Made by a program: the position numbers and the translations under genes. The notes under the pieces are model-generated. The model had not been told where the DNA came from. It saw only the letters and a list, made by a program, of their open reading frames with translations, and made no database searches. A DNA stretch of 64,000 bases from Vitrella brassicaformis CCMP3155 (taxonomy: Eukaryota > Protista > Chromerida): contig CDMY01000347.1 of the NCBI GenBank assembly GCA_001179505.1, forward strand, positions 186,001-250,000, given 5' to 3'. The number at the start of each line of letters is the position of its first letter. The first letter of the stretch is position 1. Shown here in pieces: positions 59,564 to 64,000 of the stretch.

Positions 59564-60194
59564 TGAACCAACGAACGAATGATATGGGTAGTGGCAGTGC
59601 AGTGGAGTGGGTGGGCTGAGGGGGAGGGGGTAGTGCAGTGGGGTGTTCTGTGCGGTGTGATTGGGTTCTTTCTTTCTGGTTGTGACTGATCGATCGGTGT
59701 GCTTTCATTAGTATGCTGTTTAAGCTTGTTTGCAACATGATGTTGCATGTTTGCACGGACACTCACACGTGTAATTAATCCACTGGAGGGACACTGAGAC
59801 GCATTAGTGAGTCTATGTCATCATGGACGAGTCAGGAAACAAGACGACAAACAACAAAGAACACACACACACACACACACATGCAGACGGACACGCACCT
59901 AGACAGAAATGGGTCAGTCAGTCAGTCAGTCAGGATGTCTGTACGAAACCCAAAAAGAAGCGATAAAAAAGGCAGCAGCACAACCACCAGCAGCAGCAGA
60001 GGCAGCTTAGCTTTCACATAAGAAAGAAAGCAGTATGTAAGACATCTGGCTGACCCCCCCAAAAGGACCAAACCGGTCGGCTAACCAGAAACCAACAAAA
60101 ACAAGAAGGAACCGGCCAACCCCTCTCACTCTCCCCTCTAGGCCATTTACCTACGCATATAGGACCCGCACCCAGCCCACCCGCGCCGGTCGTT

Positions 60195-61515
60195 TCAGTC
60201 CTCTTTGTCGATAACGTCGGTGTCGTCTTCGCCGTTCCTGGTGGTCTCATCGTCGGCATCAGAGCCGTCCTCACTGCGGATGTCGCCCTCCTTCTCAACT
60301 GCACTCAACAATGAATGACACACACCAAGCAGTGAATGAATGACACACACACACACACACACACAGGCAGGCAGGCAGGCAGGCAGTGTACTGCTGCTCA
60401 GTTTAGCTCACCTCCTTTGTTGACGATCACTTTGACGATCATCTTGCTGATCAGAATAAACCAAAAGATGTGCAAAATCTGATGAAGAAGGGAGAGAGGA
60501 ACAAAGAGCAGCAGCAGCCACACAGACACCCAACATGTGTGTGTGTGTGTGGTCATCTAGCTGTCCATCCATCCCACCCCACCCACCGTGAGCAGCGACA
60601 GCATGAATGGCAGCAGTGTCGACCCGGCGGCCTCCTCGTATCTCCAATGGCAGTGCGGCTGCCACTCCCAGTACTTCATCGGCGCCACCACACACACGAC
60701 AGGGAACCACACCAGCCGCAGCACCAGAAACGACAGAGCGAACAGCCCGAAAAGCGTGTCCGACAGGACGCTCGGCCACACCGAGTAGATGCAGCTCTTG
60801 GCGCTGTAGAGCAGCACATCCACAGGGTCGTGCAGCAGGAGGACCACCATCCCGACCCGCCAGTAGTTGCACGTGTAGGATATGCCGATGAGCACCACGG
60901 TGGCGATGTGGTGGACCAGCATCTCGTAGAAGTCTTTCCTCTTGGTCTCCAGGAACAGGAAAATGCCCGAGGAGGACCAGAAGGCCATCTCGCCAATGTA
61001 GAGCGCCTTGATGGCGAGAGGCATCGTCATCTCGTCTGTGAGCAGACCCCTCCAGTACTCCTCCGTCTTGAACTCAAACAGCACCTTGCCGGCCCAGTCC
61101 GAGCAGTAGACACACAGCAGCGCCGCCGTCCACACCGACGATGTCAGGTGCCACAGACAGTACCTGACCGCATGTGAGCACAAACACGACACACAGACGG
61201 CGCGCGTGTGTCTATCTGTCTATGTGTCCGTGTGTTTCCTCACCAAGCATTCTCCTGGAATTTGAGTCTCTTTCCCGGCTTGGCCATCTTGCCGCTGACG
61301 TATCCGAGGAGGCTCGGCCACCTGCCTGTGTGCTTGTTGTGGGCGCCGCACACAAACAGCCGCACCACCAGCAGCACAACCATCCACACCAACAGATGCA
61401 GCATGTCCGTCGCCCGCAGCACTGGGTTGGCGAAGTACCGCCTCAGTTCGCATGGCAGCACGAACGACTTGAGGAACCGATGGACGCTGCTCAGCGGATC
61501 GGGGCCGTCAAGCAT
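60195..61515 (-). CDS. LAG1: Ceramide synthase (LAG1/TLC domain); start approximate
   Basis: KFQENAW, ETKRKDFYEMLVHHIATVVLIGISY, GMVVLLLHDPVDVLLYSAK (Lag1p motif) and an acidic tail EGDIRSEDGSD. Confidence 0.93.
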
Positions 61516-61752
61516 GATCGGTGATGAGGACAGATAAATCAACACGAGGATAGGCTTGTCTGCGGCACAGAAGGCCGACGAGCCATCAAAATCGGCGGCT
61601 TCTTCGTGTTGGCGAGCTGAAGTATAGGCTCGCAAAGGGAGGCTCTCCGAAACGCGTCCAAACGATACGAAGAGCACAGGCTCAGCAAAGACCACATTGA
61701 CGCATAAGCGCGTAACATAACTGCGGGGAAGAGAGATCTCCTGCTCTGACTG

Positions 61753-63531
61753 ATGGGCTGCTCTGTCAGCAAGCGTAAGCACACAAAACTGGAGGCATCA
61801 AGTGCGCATCAGATTGGTGTGCTATGCTGCATGTCGGTTTCGTTTCATCAGCCGAAGACACCTTCGGGCCGGCCAGTGCACAGGTATGCAGGCAAGCACA
61901 GCACGCCGGACGGACCGTCACGGGTGCTCCATCTTTCTGTTTGCGTCAGGTTCGCATCTCGCAAGGTGTCGGCTCCAACGCACCAGCATCCAGGTAAGCA
62001 GACAGGCCGGGGCACAGGGCGGGAGAGGCGACAGACGACTTGACTCGCACTGGGCCCTGCCTGTGCTTGTTGCAGCGCCCTTGGTTCCACTGGTGCGGAG
62101 CGGGCGAGCTTAGAGTCAAAAGTGGTGAGTGCGGGCCTGTCTGATCTACGCGACACTGGCGGGGATGGATGGATGGATGCTTCATGTGTGCAGGTGCTGC
62201 TGGGAGATTCGGGGGTGGGCAAGTCGAGCCTGGCGCTCAGATTCTGCCAGGGTGTGTGAGAAATGATGACTGACGCGAACAGCCAACACAAGCAAAGGAC
62301 GACTCTGTGTGTGTGTGTGTGTGTGTTGTGGTGGTGTTTGTGTGTCAGGGAGGTTCTCGCCCTACCACGAAGTCACCATCGGTGAGCTTGCAGCCACACA
62401 TGGATAGGCTATCAGATGCACATGTGTCGCTGGTTGGCTGATTGGTTGGTTCGTCCACAGGCGCGGCGTTTCTGCAGCAAATTGTCAGGCTGAAGGATGG
62501 TATGATGGCGTGGGAATGGACGCACCGCAAGTGTGCATCTTGTTCATATCACTCTTTTCTGCGCTGATTGGGTCGTTCACGTCACGCAGGGAGCCAGCTG
62601 AAGCTGCACATATGGGATACGGGCGGACAGGAACGGTACGCAAAACACTCACGAACAGCCTGCTTACTTGCACGAGACCATGTCGTGAGCTTGCGGGTGG
62701 ATGTGTGTCTGCTGCGGCATAGGTTTCGCGCGATGGCACCGCTGTACTATCGGTAAGTGTCCATCCAACACGCGGCGCACACTCTCGACGAGGCGTGTGA
62801 TGCTGGTCATCCATGTGTGTGTGTGTGTGTTCCTTTGTTTCTGTTACTGTCAGCGATGCGTGGGGTGCGGTGATTGTCTACGACTGCAGCCACGCCCCGA
62901 CATGGGAATCAGTCAAATTCTGGGTGGGTGGGTGTGCATGTGTCTGGGTGTGTTGTGAGTGTGTGTGTGTGTATGTGTTTGTGTGTGTGACGTGTGACGT
63001 CTTAACAGGTGGGTGAGTTGCAGGCCAAGGGCCGCCCCAACTGCTGCATGGCCATCGCGGCCAACAAGTGCGACACGCAGGACTGGCAAGTAGACTCTAA
63101 GGTATGAATGAATGGATGTATGTGGGTTCGATGGTGCCGCCGCGATCCACGAGCATTCCTGTGTGTGTCTGTTTCCATTCCAGGAGGCTCGGGAGTACTG
63201 TGAGAGCAATGACTTCATCTTTGTGGAGTGCTCAGCCAAGGTGGGTGGGCGGGCGGACCAGTGAGCCAACAGTCACGCACTACATATGTGTGCCTGCCTC
63301 TCTGATTGCCTGTCGTCTCTGTCTGTCTGGGCAGACTGGAGAGAACGTCGGCAGGCTATTTGAGCTCCTAGGTACGGAGAGAGGCATCCATTACACACAC
63401 GCACGAATGATAATAGATAGATCTGTCGATGTGTGTGGATGTGATGTGTGTGGACGCATGTACGTGTTTATGTGATCCCTCCATCAGCCAACAAGGTGTA
63501 CCAGCAGATGCTCAAAGGCGACCCCAGATAG
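61753..63531 (+). CDS. RAB5B: Rab5B-type small GTPase (N-terminal MGC acylation motif, no C-terminal Cys)
   Basis: MGCSVSK start, VLLGDSGVGKSSL, YHEVTIGAAFL, IWDTGGQER-FRAMAPLYYR, AANKCD, VECSAK-TGENV. Ends LKGDPR*. Confidence 0.88.
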
Positions 63532-64000
63532 ATGAGAAACGGCCAGGCAGCCAGCCAGCCAGGATCTAAGGACTCTAGCTGTCGGTGTGGTGGTGGTGTA
63601 CAGTACCAATCAATAACACGCGATCGCACACACTTCTATTGACTAACTCACACGATGGTACACGCAGAAAGCAGAACACTTGGCTGGCCACTGCCCTTTT
63701 TGAGACCGACCGCATTGACCACCTACCTCTGTTTAGCGTTGCATACATAAACATGCATCCGTGTGTTTCTGTGGGTCTGTGGGTCTCTCTCTCTCTGATT
63801 GGCATGTCGCGACACTTTCCCCCACACTCAATGTACAGCTGTGTTTCTTGGAGGTGAGCAGCCCCAGACTCAGCCAACACGTACATCCACACCACACATG
63901 AATGATGCTCGGTGCTTAAGGACAGAGAGAGAGAGAGAGGCAGACGGAGAGGGAGGGAGGGAGGGAGGGGCATGCAGCACCAAGAGACGATGGGCCCATC

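Noticed and set aside
1-64000. Hundreds of short ORFs rich in HTHT/VCVC/DGWM/RERE
   Set aside because: These are translations of intronic microsatellites or antisense shadows of real exons, not proteins.
1-64000. CRISPR array, rRNA, tRNA, transposase or retroelement
   Set aside because: No regularly spaced repeat-spacer array, no recognisable structural RNA, and no RT, integrase or DDE motifs were seen.

Overview
Intron-rich eukaryotic nuclear DNA with short GT-AG introns full of (CA)n/(GT)n/(GGAT)n/(GACA)n microsatellites. Gene content (GAS8/DRC4, myristoylated Rab5B, PAN/Apple adhesin) and intron style suggest a free-living alveolate, probably a chromerid such as Vitrella (inference, not verified). 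I reconstructed about 20 spliced genes by hand. Recognisable housekeeping genes: (6-4) photolyase/cryptochrome, DRC4, ADP/ATP carrier, CFAP92-like protein, fused ThiE-ThiM, ceramide synthase and Rab5B. The four most unusual items are: (1) a secreted, spliced protein resembling a phage tail fibre, with a C-terminal intramolecular-chaperone (S74/ICA-like) domain at 24.2-25.6 kb; (2) a ~325-bp intragenic inversion that places two in-phase exons of a histidine acid phosphatase on the opposite strand at 55.0-55.4 kb; (3) a giant type-I membrane adhesin combining PAN/Apple, bacterial Ig-like, a GH17 domain lacking both catalytic Glu, and a SEA-like GSVVV site at 44.3-51.2 kb; (4) several recent duplications carrying lesions. 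Exon boundaries are manual and many gene starts are approximate. No database searches were run.
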